The translations under genes were made by a program, and so were the position numbers. 64,000 nt of DNA from Alphaproteobacteria bacterium (lineage in GTDB: Bacteria; Pseudomonadota; Alphaproteobacteria; Micavibrionales; Micavibrionaceae): positions 5,647 through 69,646 of the forward strand of contig JAKLKY010000004.1 in NCBI GenBank assembly GCA_023150415.1. Reading direction: 5' to 3'. Positions 36,895-45,380 of the stretch are shown piece by piece (positions within the stretch are counted from its first letter, which is position 1; every line of letters starts with the position of its first letter). Below the pieces are notes generated by a model, which saw only the letters and a program-made list of their open reading frames with translations, did not search any database and had not been told where the DNA came from.

Positions 36895-38130
36895 ATGCTG
36901 TCCCAACAAACCATCGATATCGTCAAATCCACTGCGCCTATTTTGAATGAACATGGCGAAACGCTGACCAAGCATTTTTACAAACGCATGTTCAGCCACA
37001 ACCCGGAAGTAGCACCGTTTTTTAATCCGGCCAATCAGGCGGGCGGTACGCAGCAACGCGCACTCGCGGCGGCAATTTGCGCGTATGCGGCGAATATCGA
37101 CAATCTGGAAGTGCTGGGCGGTGCGGTGGAACTGATCGCCCATAAACATGCCTCCCTGATGATCAAGCCGGAGCATTATCCAATTGTCGGTGAAAACCTG
37201 CTTGCTTCTATCCGTGAGGTGCTCGGCGAAGGTGCAACCGATGATGTGATCAACGCATGGGGTGAAGCGTATGGCTTTCTGGCCGATATCCTGATTGGGC
37301 GGGAAAAGCAGCTTTACAGTGAGAATGCGGACAAGACCGGAGGCTGGGAGGGCTTCCGTAACTTTGTGATAGATCGCAAAGAAAAGGAAAGCAGCATTAT
37401 TACGTCCTTTTACCTAAAGCCCAAAGACGGCGGCGCTTTGCCGTCCTATATGGCTGGGCAGTATATTACGGTGCGGATGCCTACAAAGGATGGTTCAACC
37501 ACCATGCGTAATTACAGCCTGTCCGACAAACCCGGTCAGGACTATTTCCGCATCAGTGTAAAACGCGAAGTTGGCGCGAAAGCTGATACGCCGAAGGGCT
37601 ATGTGTCCAACACACTTCATGATGCAATCAATGTCGGTGATACGCTTGAAATTGGGCCGCCATGCGGCGAATTCTTCCTGAACACGAATGACAAGCACGA
37701 ACGCCCGCTGGTTTTGCTGGCGGCGGGGGTTGGCATTACCCCGATCCTCAGCATTTTGCAAACCGCGTTGGAGGTCATGCCGCATCGTGAAATTATTCTG
37801 ATCCATGGCTGCCTGAACAGGGATGTGCAGCCGTTTAAGGACACGATTGATACGCTGGCGGCAAAACATGAAAACCTGACCGCTCACTACCGTTACAGTG
37901 AGCCAACGGGCGGTGAAGATAGCGCCGGTGATAATTGCTCCGGCGGATTTGTTGATGCAGTACTGATTGAAAGCCTCGTACCCTCACGCCATGCGGATTA
38001 TTATTTCTGCGGCCCGAAGCCTTTCATGGTGAATATTTATCACGAGCTTCTGGCTTGGGGCATTCCTGGTAATCAGGTGCATTTTGAATTCTTCGGTCCG
38101 CGGGAAGAGCTAAAGCGGAAAGCCGCCTGA
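36895..38130 (+). CDS. hmp: Flavohaemoglobin (NO dioxygenase)
   Basis: Globin N-domain MLSQQTIDIVKSTAPILNEHGETLTKHFYKRMF, then FAD/NAD reductase domain (RNYSLSD, LLAAGVGITP). Confidence 0.93.
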   Translation: MLSQQTIDIVKSTAPILNEHGETLTKHFYKRMFSHNPEVAPFFNPANQAGGTQQRALAAAICAYAANIDNLEVLGGAVELIAHKHASLMIKPEHYPIVGENLLASIREVLGEGATDDVINAWGEAYGFLADILIGREKQLYSENADKTGGWEGFRNFVIDRKEKESSIITSFYLKPKDGGALPSYMAGQYITVRMPTKDGSTTMRNYSLSDKPGQDYFRISVKREVGAKADTPKGYVSNTLHDAINVGDTLEIGPPCGEFFLNTNDKHERPLVLLAAGVGITPILSILQTALEVMPHREIILIHGCLNRDVQPFKDTIDTLAAKHENLTAHYRYSEPTGGEDSAGDNCSGGFVDAVLIESLVPSRHADYYFCGPKPFMVNIYHELLAWGIPGNQVHFEFFGPREELKRKAA

Positions 38131-38157
38131 TCAAAGCCTGCGGAAAGGACAAAAATT

Positions 38158-38487
38158 ATGGCATTACCACATGCAAAACCGGGAGAGAGTGTCGATCTGA
38201 ACCCTTTGGGAGAGGCACTGAAAGATGCTAGAACGCAAGCCATCATCAAGACTGATAGTTTTGAGGCCATTCGTCTTGTCCTTCAGGCAGGCACAGAAAT
38301 TCCGTCACATAAAGTCCCTGGAGAAATCACCCTGCACTGTCTTGAAGGGTGCGTATCACTTGGGCTGACAGGATCCGTCATAAATCTGCGAGCCGGTGAA
38401 TGGCTGTATTTAAATGGCGGAGAACCCCATTCCGTAAAAGCGGAAGAAGATTCTTCGCTTTTGCTCACAATTATTCTCAAGACATAA
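38158..38487 (+). CDS. Small cupin-domain protein
   Basis: 109 aa with GTEIPSHKVPGEITLHCLEG...GEWLYLNGGEPHSV, a cupin two-motif layout. Co-directional with hmp. Confidence 0.55.
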   Translation: MALPHAKPGESVDLNPLGEALKDARTQAIIKTDSFEAIRLVLQAGTEIPSHKVPGEITLHCLEGCVSLGLTGSVINLRAGEWLYLNGGEPHSVKAEEDSSLLLTIILKT

Positions 38488-38492
38488 GAAAC

Positions 38493-38506
38493 TTGATCTG
38501 GGTCAA
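38493..38506. promoter_or_regulatory. FNR-type box TTGATCTGGGTCAA (one mismatch)
   Basis: 13/14 to the palindrome, centred 40.5 bp upstream of ribB ATG 38540. Confidence 0.6.
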
Positions 38507-38539
38507 GGCCTTGAAGCGCATTTTTGTTTTTGATAACGC

Positions 38540-39166
38540 ATGAAAACAAAGCTGGCATCCGTGAAAGATATTATAGAGGATCTGCGTGAAAAACGGATGG
38601 TCATACTGGTCGATGACGAATGCCGTGAAAACGAAGGCGATCTTGTAATTCCGGCCTCCATCGCTACGCCGGAGCATATCAATTTTATGGCCACACACGG
38701 GCGTGGACTGATCTGTCTGGCGATGAGCGCCGATAATATTGATCGCCTCGGCCTGCCCTTGATGACAGAAAATAATGATTGCAGGCTCGGCACGGCCTTT
38801 ACTGTCTCCATAGACGCAAGGGACAAGACCACAACAGGCATATCTGTTCATGATCGCTCTCACACTGTTCGATTGGCCGCCGACCCCCAAAGCAGCCACA
38901 GCGATTTTCGTATCCCCGGTCATATCTTCCCCTTGCGCGCCCGCGAAGGCGGCGTTTTAGAGCGCGCAGGTCATACAGAGGCGTCTGTAGAATTAGCAAG
39001 TTTGGCGGACTTTGGTGAGGCCGCTGTTATATGCGAAATCATGAAAGAAGACGGCACAATGGCGCGGCTGCCTGATTTGGTAAGGTTCGCAGAAAAACAC
39101 AACCTTCATATTGCCAGCATCAGTGACGTTATTGATTACATCCATCAGAAAAGGAACGCCGCATGA
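38540..39166 (+). CDS. ribB: 3,4-dihydroxy-2-butanone-4-phosphate synthase
   Basis: VILVDDECRENEGDLVIPA...HGRGLICLAM...RAGHTEASVELA is the DHBP synthase signature. Confidence 0.88.
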   Translation: MKTKLASVKDIIEDLREKRMVILVDDECRENEGDLVIPASIATPEHINFMATHGRGLICLAMSADNIDRLGLPLMTENNDCRLGTAFTVSIDARDKTTTGISVHDRSHTVRLAADPQSSHSDFRIPGHIFPLRAREGGVLERAGHTEASVELASLADFGEAAVICEIMKEDGTMARLPDLVRFAEKHNLHIASISDVIDYIHQKRNAA

Positions 39167-39600
39167 GCAAGATCCTTATCATTGAGGCCTGCTTTTACCA
39201 GGACATTGCCATCCTGTTACGGGAAGGCGCCATCGACGTGCTGAATAAGCAAGGGCATGAGTACGAGATTGAAACAGTTCCAGGGGTGCTGGAAATCCCA
39301 GCGGCATTAAATTTCTTTATCTCCGGCAAGAAAAATTACGATGCCTATGTCGTTCTGGGCTGCGTTATTCGCGGCGAAACTTCCCATTACGATATTGTCT
39401 GCAACGAAAGTGCGCGGGGCGTTTATGATTTGGTTCTAAAACATAATCTGGCTTTGGGGAACAGCATACTCACCGTTGAAAACAAAGATCAGGCTATTGC
39501 ACGCGCAGACCCGCAAAAGAAAAACAAAGGGGGCGATGCCGCTAAAGCCGCCCTGCATATGTTGGGACTTCGCCAGAAAATTTTGATTGGTACCGCTTGA
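39163..39600 (+). CDS. ribH: 6,7-dimethyl-8-ribityllumazine synthase
   Basis: VPGVLEIPAAL...VVLGCVIRGETSHYDIVCNE...ALGNSILTVEN. Start overlaps the ribB stop. Confidence 0.85.
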   Translation: MSKILIIEACFYQDIAILLREGAIDVLNKQGHEYEIETVPGVLEIPAALNFFISGKKNYDAYVVLGCVIRGETSHYDIVCNESARGVYDLVLKHNLALGNSILTVENKDQAIARADPQKKNKGGDAAKAALHMLGLRQKILIGTA

Positions 39601-39610
39601 TCCAGATCAA
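39597..39610. promoter_or_regulatory. FNR-type box TTGATCCAGATCAA
   Basis: Perfect palindrome overlapping the ribH stop, centred 62.5 bp upstream of ytfE ATG (39666). That ATG has an AGAGGAG RBS. Confidence 0.7.
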
Positions 39611-39665
39611 GGCCTCATGCCTGAAATCTATGAGAATACTCATAGTCAGTAGAGGAGATAAAATT

Positions 39666-40349
39666 ATGAATGAAATAGCCATACAAAATAAAACAGTTCG
39701 TGAAATAGCCGGACAGCATACCGACAGCTATAAAATCTTTCATAAATACGGAATTGATTTTTGTTGCGGCGGGAAGCGTTTGTTATCCGATGTTTGCGAA
39801 GAAAAAGGCATCGAAATCTCTGAGATCGCTAATGATTTTGTGGCATTAGAAAAAACCCCAAGTGACCAAAAAGATTGGAAGACTGAAACACTTGAAAATC
39901 TTATCAACCATATTGTTGATACGCATCATCAATATTTACGGGATGATTTGCCGAGGCTGTTTCATTTGACACAAAAAGTGGCATCGCGCCATGGTGAAAG
40001 GGACACGCATCTCTATAAGGTCCTTGAAGTGTATGTTTCTATGGCAAACGAACTTCTCGCACACATTGAAAAAGAGGAAAGGGTTCTCTTTCCTATGATA
40101 ATCGAGATGGAAAAAGCCGGTGACATATCCTCACAAATCATGATGCCGATATTGGCTATGGAAGCTGAGCACGAAGAAGCCGGAGCAGCGCTGGAAGAAC
40201 TGAATCGCTTAACAGAAAGTTATGCCATCAAGCCTAATATGTGCGCCTCGTATCAGGCTCTTTATGTCGGATTGAAACAATTGGAAAAGGATTTAAAGCT
40301 CCATATTCACAAAGAAAACAACATTCTATTTCCCCGGGTTCAAAAATAA
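39666..40349 (+). CDS. ytfE: Iron-sulfur cluster repair di-iron protein (YtfE/RIC/DnrN)
   Basis: FHKYGIDFCCGGKRLL (ScdA_N motif) plus hemerythrin-like HH..YL, HEEAG and HIHKENNILFP. Confidence 0.85.
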   Translation: MNEIAIQNKTVREIAGQHTDSYKIFHKYGIDFCCGGKRLLSDVCEEKGIEISEIANDFVALEKTPSDQKDWKTETLENLINHIVDTHHQYLRDDLPRLFHLTQKVASRHGERDTHLYKVLEVYVSMANELLAHIEKEERVLFPMIIEMEKAGDISSQIMMPILAMEAEHEEAGAALEELNRLTESYAIKPNMCASYQALYVGLKQLEKDLKLHIHKENNILFPRVQK

Positions 40350-40361
40350 CGGCCTAGAAAA

Positions 40362-41627
40362 ATGCTCAAAACAAAACTCTTAAAGGCGCTGCTGCTCCCG
40401 ACTGTTTGTGGATTCATGATACAGGGCGCATCATCAGCATTTGCCGGAGAAGATGTTGAGAGCATTATTAAAGAAGGCGATTTTTTTGGGGAGATGCGCT
40501 ATCGCTATGAACATGCCGATCAGGATAACATAGCAAATGATGCCAAAGCCTCGACCGTTCGCACTAATCTTGGCTTCAAAACCGGTGTGTACAAAGATTT
40601 TCAAGCCTTGCTTGAAGGACAGATTGTTCAGAATATAGGCGCAAATGATTTTAACGACACAACAAACGGGAAAACGGCTTATCCGGTTGTTGCTGACCCG
40701 GATGTGGCTGAAATTAATGAGCTATGGCTTTCATGGGCAGGATTGCCGCAAACATCTATTGCAATTGGCCGCCAGAAAATGAATCTGGATAATCAGCGCT
40801 TCATCGGCACAGTTGACTGGCGGCAGAACGATCAGACCTTTGATGCCTTACAAGTGACAAATGCCAGCATCGAAAATCTGAATGTGATGTACGCCTATGT
40901 GGGAAATGTAAATCGTATCTTCGGTGACGATAATCCATTGGGCGATCTGGACTCAAATATTCACATCGCGCATGCGTCTTATGCCTTCGCGGATTGGCTA
41001 AAATTAACGGGCTACGGATACTGGCTTGATTTTGACAGTTTGGCAACCAGCTCCTCTAAAACTTTTGGCACACGGGCAACGGGTAAAATTCCTGTGAATG
41101 AACATTGGGCCTTTTCTTATGAGGCGGAAGCCGCCACGCAAGACGACCATGGCAATAATGCCACGAGCTACGATGAAGGATATTACCATATTTCACCTTC
41201 ATTCTCCGGCCATGGTTTTACGTTCACAGCAGGGTACGAAGTATTGGGTGGAGATGGTACAAATGCCTTTCAGACACCACTTGCGACCTTGCACAAATTC
41301 AATGGCTGGGCTGATGCGTTCTTGAGTACACCAAATGCCGGTCTTGAAGATGTCTATGTGAGTGGGGCTTATAAAGTATCGGGCACAAAGAGCTTCTTTG
41401 ACGATACAACATTTACTGCCATCTATCATGATTTTGATAGTAACGATTCCAGCACCGGCGATTTTGGTGATGAGCTTGATTTGTCTGTTGGAAAAAGTTT
41501 CATGCTTCCTGATGCAGGCCAACCATTTAAGAAATTGGATGTTCTGCTGAAATATGCTGATTATAATGGCGATAGCGGGGTTGCCAGCCGTGAGAAATTT
41601 TGGCTGCAGGTAGGCGTGAAGTTCTGA
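40362..41627 (+). CDS. Outer-membrane beta-barrel porin (alginate-export-like family)
   Basis: Signal peptide, alternating beta-strand pattern, C-terminal ...LQVGVKF. RYRYEHADQ...IGRQKMNLDNQRFIGTVDWRQN resembles AlgE-type porins. Confidence 0.5.
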   Translation: MLKTKLLKALLLPTVCGFMIQGASSAFAGEDVESIIKEGDFFGEMRYRYEHADQDNIANDAKASTVRTNLGFKTGVYKDFQALLEGQIVQNIGANDFNDTTNGKTAYPVVADPDVAEINELWLSWAGLPQTSIAIGRQKMNLDNQRFIGTVDWRQNDQTFDALQVTNASIENLNVMYAYVGNVNRIFGDDNPLGDLDSNIHIAHASYAFADWLKLTGYGYWLDFDSLATSSSKTFGTRATGKIPVNEHWAFSYEAEAATQDDHGNNATSYDEGYYHISPSFSGHGFTFTAGYEVLGGDGTNAFQTPLATLHKFNGWADAFLSTPNAGLEDVYVSGAYKVSGTKSFFDDTTFTAIYHDFDSNDSSTGDFGDELDLSVGKSFMLPDAGQPFKKLDVLLKYADYNGDSGVASREKFWLQVGVKF

Positions 41628-41628
41628 C

Positions 41629-41775
41629 ATGGAAATAGTTCATAAACTGAGTTCTAAGAACATACGCAAAACAGGGCATAAAGCTTTCTGGATCTGGATT
41701 GCCTATCAAACCATCAAAGGCACGCTGACAACCTCCCTGATCTGGCTTCCGCTTTTATGGGCGTGGCTTGGGTAA
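41629..41775 (+). CDS. Possible small membrane protein (48 aa)
   Basis: Hand translation gives MEIVHKLSSKNIRKTGHKAFWIWIAYQTIKGTLTTSLIWLPLLWAWLG. It starts 2 nt after the porin stop and has no clear RBS. Confidence 0.25.
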   Translation: MEIVHKLSSKNIRKTGHKAFWIWIAYQTIKGTLTTSLIWLPLLWAWLG

Positions 41776-41787
41776 TATATGTTCCTC

Positions 41788-43995
41788 TTACCAGCCAGAA
41801 GTTTTTAGGCGCAAGGCATTTAAAATCACGCTCACCGAAGATAGAGACATGGCTGCTGCCGCGATAATCGGCGAGAGCAGGATACCAAAGAATGGGTAGA
41901 GGACACCAGCCGCGATTGGTACGCCCGCTGCATTGTATACAAATGCAAAAAACAGGTTCTGGCGGATATTGTTCATCGTCGCCACGGATAACTTGCGAGC
42001 ACGGACAATGCCGGTTAGATCACCTTTTAGCAGCGTGACACCCGCACTTTCCATCGCCACATCCGTGCCAGTGCCCATGGCAATCCCAACATCGGCGGCA
42101 GCCAGCGCCGGGGCATCATTGGTGCCGTCCCCCGCCATAGCAACAACGCGGCCTTCATCGCGTAATTTTTTAACGATCTTGCCTTTATCTTCCGGCAAAA
42201 TTTCAGCCTCAACCTCTGTGATGCCCAGCGTTTTTGCCACGGCCTCGGCAGTACGACGATTATCGCCGGTAAGCATGACAATGCGAATGCCCTGAGCGTG
42301 CAGGGCTTTGATAGCGGCGGGCGTTGTTTCTTTGATCGGATCAGCAATAGCCAGAAGCCCAGCGATTTTTCCATCAACGGCTATAAAAATCACCGTTGCC
42401 CCGTCGCTGCGCAGTTCATCGGCTTGTGCAGACAAAGCTGATACATTAATGGATTTTTCTTCCATCAGCATCACATTGCCGAGCGCAATATCTTGGGCTT
42501 TTATTTTACCGATAACACCTTTACCTGTTGGAGAGTCAAAATCTTGCGTCTGTGATAAATCCAGTCCCTTGTCCTTCGCCGCCATAACAATGGCATGAGC
42601 CAGCGGGTGTTCGCTTCCCTGTTCCAGTGATGCCGCCAGCGCCAGCAATTCATCCTCGCCAAAACCTTCGGCGGCGACACTTTTTGTGACAGTCGGTTTG
42701 CCTTCTGTCAGCGTGCCAGTTTTATCAATCACCAGTGTATCGACCTTTTCCATGCGTTCCAGCGCCTCGGCGTTTTTAATCAGCACGCCCGCCTGCGCCC
42801 CTTTACCAACCCCGACCATGATAGACATAGGCGTGGCCAACCCCAAAGCGCAGGGACAAGCGATAATCAGAACACTGACGGCGGCGATCAGGCCGTAACT
42901 AAAGGCAGGCACAGGGCCAAATATGAGCCATGCAATAAAGGCTATAACGGCAACCAGAATAACCGCAGGCACAAACCATCCTGAAACAATATCGGCCAGC
43001 CTTTGAATAGGTGCGCGGCTGCGCTGCGCCTCGGCAACCATATGCACAATTTGCGAGAGCATAGTGTCTTTACCGACACGCTCGGCTTTCATGACAAAAC
43101 TGCCGGTCTGGTTCATTGTTGCGCCAATGACTTTGTCGCCCGCTTCTTTCATTACAGGCATGGACTCGCCCGTGACCATGGACTCATCAACGGCGCTTTT
43201 TCCTTCCGTCACGATACCGTCCAGCGGCACTTTCTCGCCGGGGCGAACGCGCAAGAGATCACCAACCTTGATTTGATCCAGCGGCACATCTTCATCATCG
43301 CCATTCTCACTGACCCGCCGGGCGGTTTTCGGAGCGAGATCAAGCAGTGCGCGAATTGCGCCGCCCGTTTGTTCGCGGGCTTTAAGCTCCAATACCTGAC
43401 CCAGCAACACCAGCACCGTAATCACGGCGGCGGCTTCAAAATAAACCGCAACGGCGCCATCTTGCCGGAATGTATCGGGGAAGATGCCGGGAACAAGGGT
43501 TGCCACAACGCTGTAAAGCCAGGCCACGCCTGTTCCCATGGCAATTAACGTGAACATATTCAGATTGCGGGTTTTTAAGGATGCCCAGCCGCGTTCAAAA
43601 AACGGTTTTCCGGCCCATAGGACGACAGGCGTAGCCAGCACAAGCTGTATCCAGTTAGATGCTGTGCCGCTGATATAATGGTGCAAATCCAGAAGATGCG
43701 CGCCCATCTCCAAGGCAAAAACAGGCAGAGTTAAAATCAAACCAATCCAGAAGCGTCTTTTAAAATCAGTTAATTCAGGATTTTCACCTTCCGCGCCGGT
43801 AATCGTTTCCGGCTCCAGCGCCATGCCGCAAATCGGGCAGTTGCCGGGGCCGCTTTGCCGCACTTCCGGATGCATGGGACAGATATAAATCACATCCCCG
43901 CCAGCAGGCACCGTGACAGGTTTCGCTTTGTCGCCATGCTCGTGATGACAACAAGAATGCTCTTCTGCTCCGTGTTTATCGTGTTCCTGTCCCAT
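41788..43995 (-). CDS. copA: Copper-translocating P1B-type ATPase
   Basis: CPC ([12 protein letters not shown]), [16 protein letters not shown]-terminal His/Cys stretch [10 protein letters not shown] and zinc-ribbon-like [22 protein letters not shown]. Start at ATG 43995, after AAGGAG. Confidence 0.93.
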   Translation of the reverse strand: MGQEHDKHGAEEHSCCHHEHGDKAKPVTVPAGGDVIYICPMHPEVRQSGPGNCPICGMALEPETITGAEGENPELTDFKRRFWIGLILTLPVFALEMGAHLLDLHHYISGTASNWIQLVLATPVVLWAGKPFFERGWASLKTRNLNMFTLIAMGTGVAWLYSVVATLVPGIFPDTFRQDGAVAVYFEAAAVITVLVLLGQVLELKAREQTGGAIRALLDLAPKTARRVSENGDDEDVPLDQIKVGDLLRVRPGEKVPLDGIVTEGKSAVDESMVTGESMPVMKEAGDKVIGATMNQTGSFVMKAERVGKDTMLSQIVHMVAEAQRSRAPIQRLADIVSGWFVPAVILVAVIAFIAWLIFGPVPAFSYGLIAAVSVLIIACPCALGLATPMSIMVGVGKGAQAGVLIKNAEALERMEKVDTLVIDKTGTLTEGKPTVTKSVAAEGFGEDELLALAASLEQGSEHPLAHAIVMAAKDKGLDLSQTQDFDSPTGKGVIGKIKAQDIALGNVMLMEEKSINVSALSAQADELRSDGATVIFIAVDGKIAGLLAIADPIKETTPAAIKALHAQGIRIVMLTGDNRRTAEAVAKTLGITEVEAEILPEDKGKIVKKLRDEGRVVAMAGDGTNDAPALAAADVGIAMGTGTDVAMESAGVTLLKGDLTGIVRARKLSVATMNNIRQNLFFAFVYNAAGVPIAAGVLYPFFGILLSPIIAAAAMSLSSVSVILNALRLKTSGW

Positions 43996-44012
43996 ATGTA
44001 TCTCCTTGTTTT

Positions 44013-45380
44013 CTATTTTTCTTTCCACCCGCCGCCCATGGCTTTGAATAGCTCAATGCAGGCGGACAGCGTTTCGTATCGGGCGCGTTCATACTGATCT
44101 TCGGACTCCAGCATCATGCGCTGTGAATCTAAAACATCCTGAAACTCAATAACGCTCAAACTATATTGGTTTTTTGCTATATCGTACGCTTCATGCGCTT
44201 TAGCGGCTGTCTGTTTCAAAGCTTTTTCCCTTTCCAGAGTTTTTTGTACTTTCGTCAACGCATTTTCTGCCTCCTGAAAAGCCACAAGCACCGTTTGCTG
44301 ATAATTCTCTGCCAGTTCTTTTTGACGCGCCGTCACGCGATCCAGCTTGCCTTCCAGACGCCCGCCCTGAAAAATCGGCACAAATATCGATCCTGCCATT
44401 GTGAAGGCGGACCCCGACGGGTTGGCAGCAAACAACAAACTGGGGCCAATATTCATCGATGGATAAAAAGCCGCCCGCGCCGCGCCGATATCCGCATTGG
44501 CAGCCTTTAGACTTGCTTCCATGCTTTTAATATCTGGTCTGCGTTCCAGCAAATCGGAGGGCTGCACTACGGCCACGTTCGGAATATGCAGTCCCTTATA
44601 ACTTTTTGCCTCAACATTAAAACTCTGCGGCGGCTCACCCACCAAAACAGCCAGCGCATTTTGTGCCAAGGCCAGTTCCTGCTCTAAAGCCGTTACAACA
44701 GCACCAGCCTTAGACACTTGCATTTCCTGCCTTGTGATATCCAACTGTGTACGCGCCCCGGTTTGAAAGCGAGCTTCGGCTACTTCCAGCAAATCGTGCG
44801 TGGCTTCAAGATTATTCTGCGCTATACGGCGGCGCTCTTTTAAATTCAGGACATTGAAATAATTTTGCGCCACATCACCCATGATAACTAGCGCCAACGC
44901 ATCGTGGGCATATTGGGTTCCTTTAAGCCCGGATTTTGATGCATCAACTTTCGCACGGTTTGCACCGAACAAATCCAGCTCATAGGAAAGACCTGCATCG
45001 GCTGTGTAATCAGGAATGCCTTTATTTCGCATATCGGTGATATTCATCGCTTGCGTAGAACCGCTCATATAAGAGGCCGTCACATCGGCGGAAGGTAAAA
45101 GCGATGCCCCGGCAATTTTTAAATCCGCGCGCGCTTGTTCGATACGCTGCAAAGACGCTTGTAGATTATTGTTATTGACAAGGGCGCGCTCCATCAACTC
45201 GTTTAATTCCACGCTTTCAAAACTCGTCCACCAGTCAGCAGCGACTTCAGCGTTCTTTATGCTCTGCGCATCCTGCCAGGCAGGTGTTTGGGCCTCCGGT
45301 CTATGATAGTCCGGCGTCATGGAACAAGCCGAAAGTAAGATCAGCACTGATTTTAAAATCAAAAAATTCTTATGCTTCAT
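44013..45380 (-). CDS. cusC: Outer-membrane efflux factor (NodT/CusC family lipoprotein)
   Basis: Lipobox LLSAC, two OEP repeats, C-terminal ALGGGW-like KAMGGGWK. Confidence 0.85.
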   Translation of the reverse strand: MKHKNFLILKSVLILLSACSMTPDYHRPEAQTPAWQDAQSIKNAEVAADWWTSFESVELNELMERALVNNNNLQASLQRIEQARADLKIAGASLLPSADVTASYMSGSTQAMNITDMRNKGIPDYTADAGLSYELDLFGANRAKVDASKSGLKGTQYAHDALALVIMGDVAQNYFNVLNLKERRRIAQNNLEATHDLLEVAEARFQTGARTQLDITRQEMQVSKAGAVVTALEQELALAQNALAVLVGEPPQSFNVEAKSYKGLHIPNVAVVQPSDLLERRPDIKSMEASLKAANADIGAARAAFYPSMNIGPSLLFAANPSGSAFTMAGSIFVPIFQGGRLEGKLDRVTARQKELAENYQQTVLVAFQEAENALTKVQKTLEREKALKQTAAKAHEAYDIAKNQYSLSVIEFQDVLDSQRMMLESEDQYERARYETLSACIELFKAMGGGWKEK

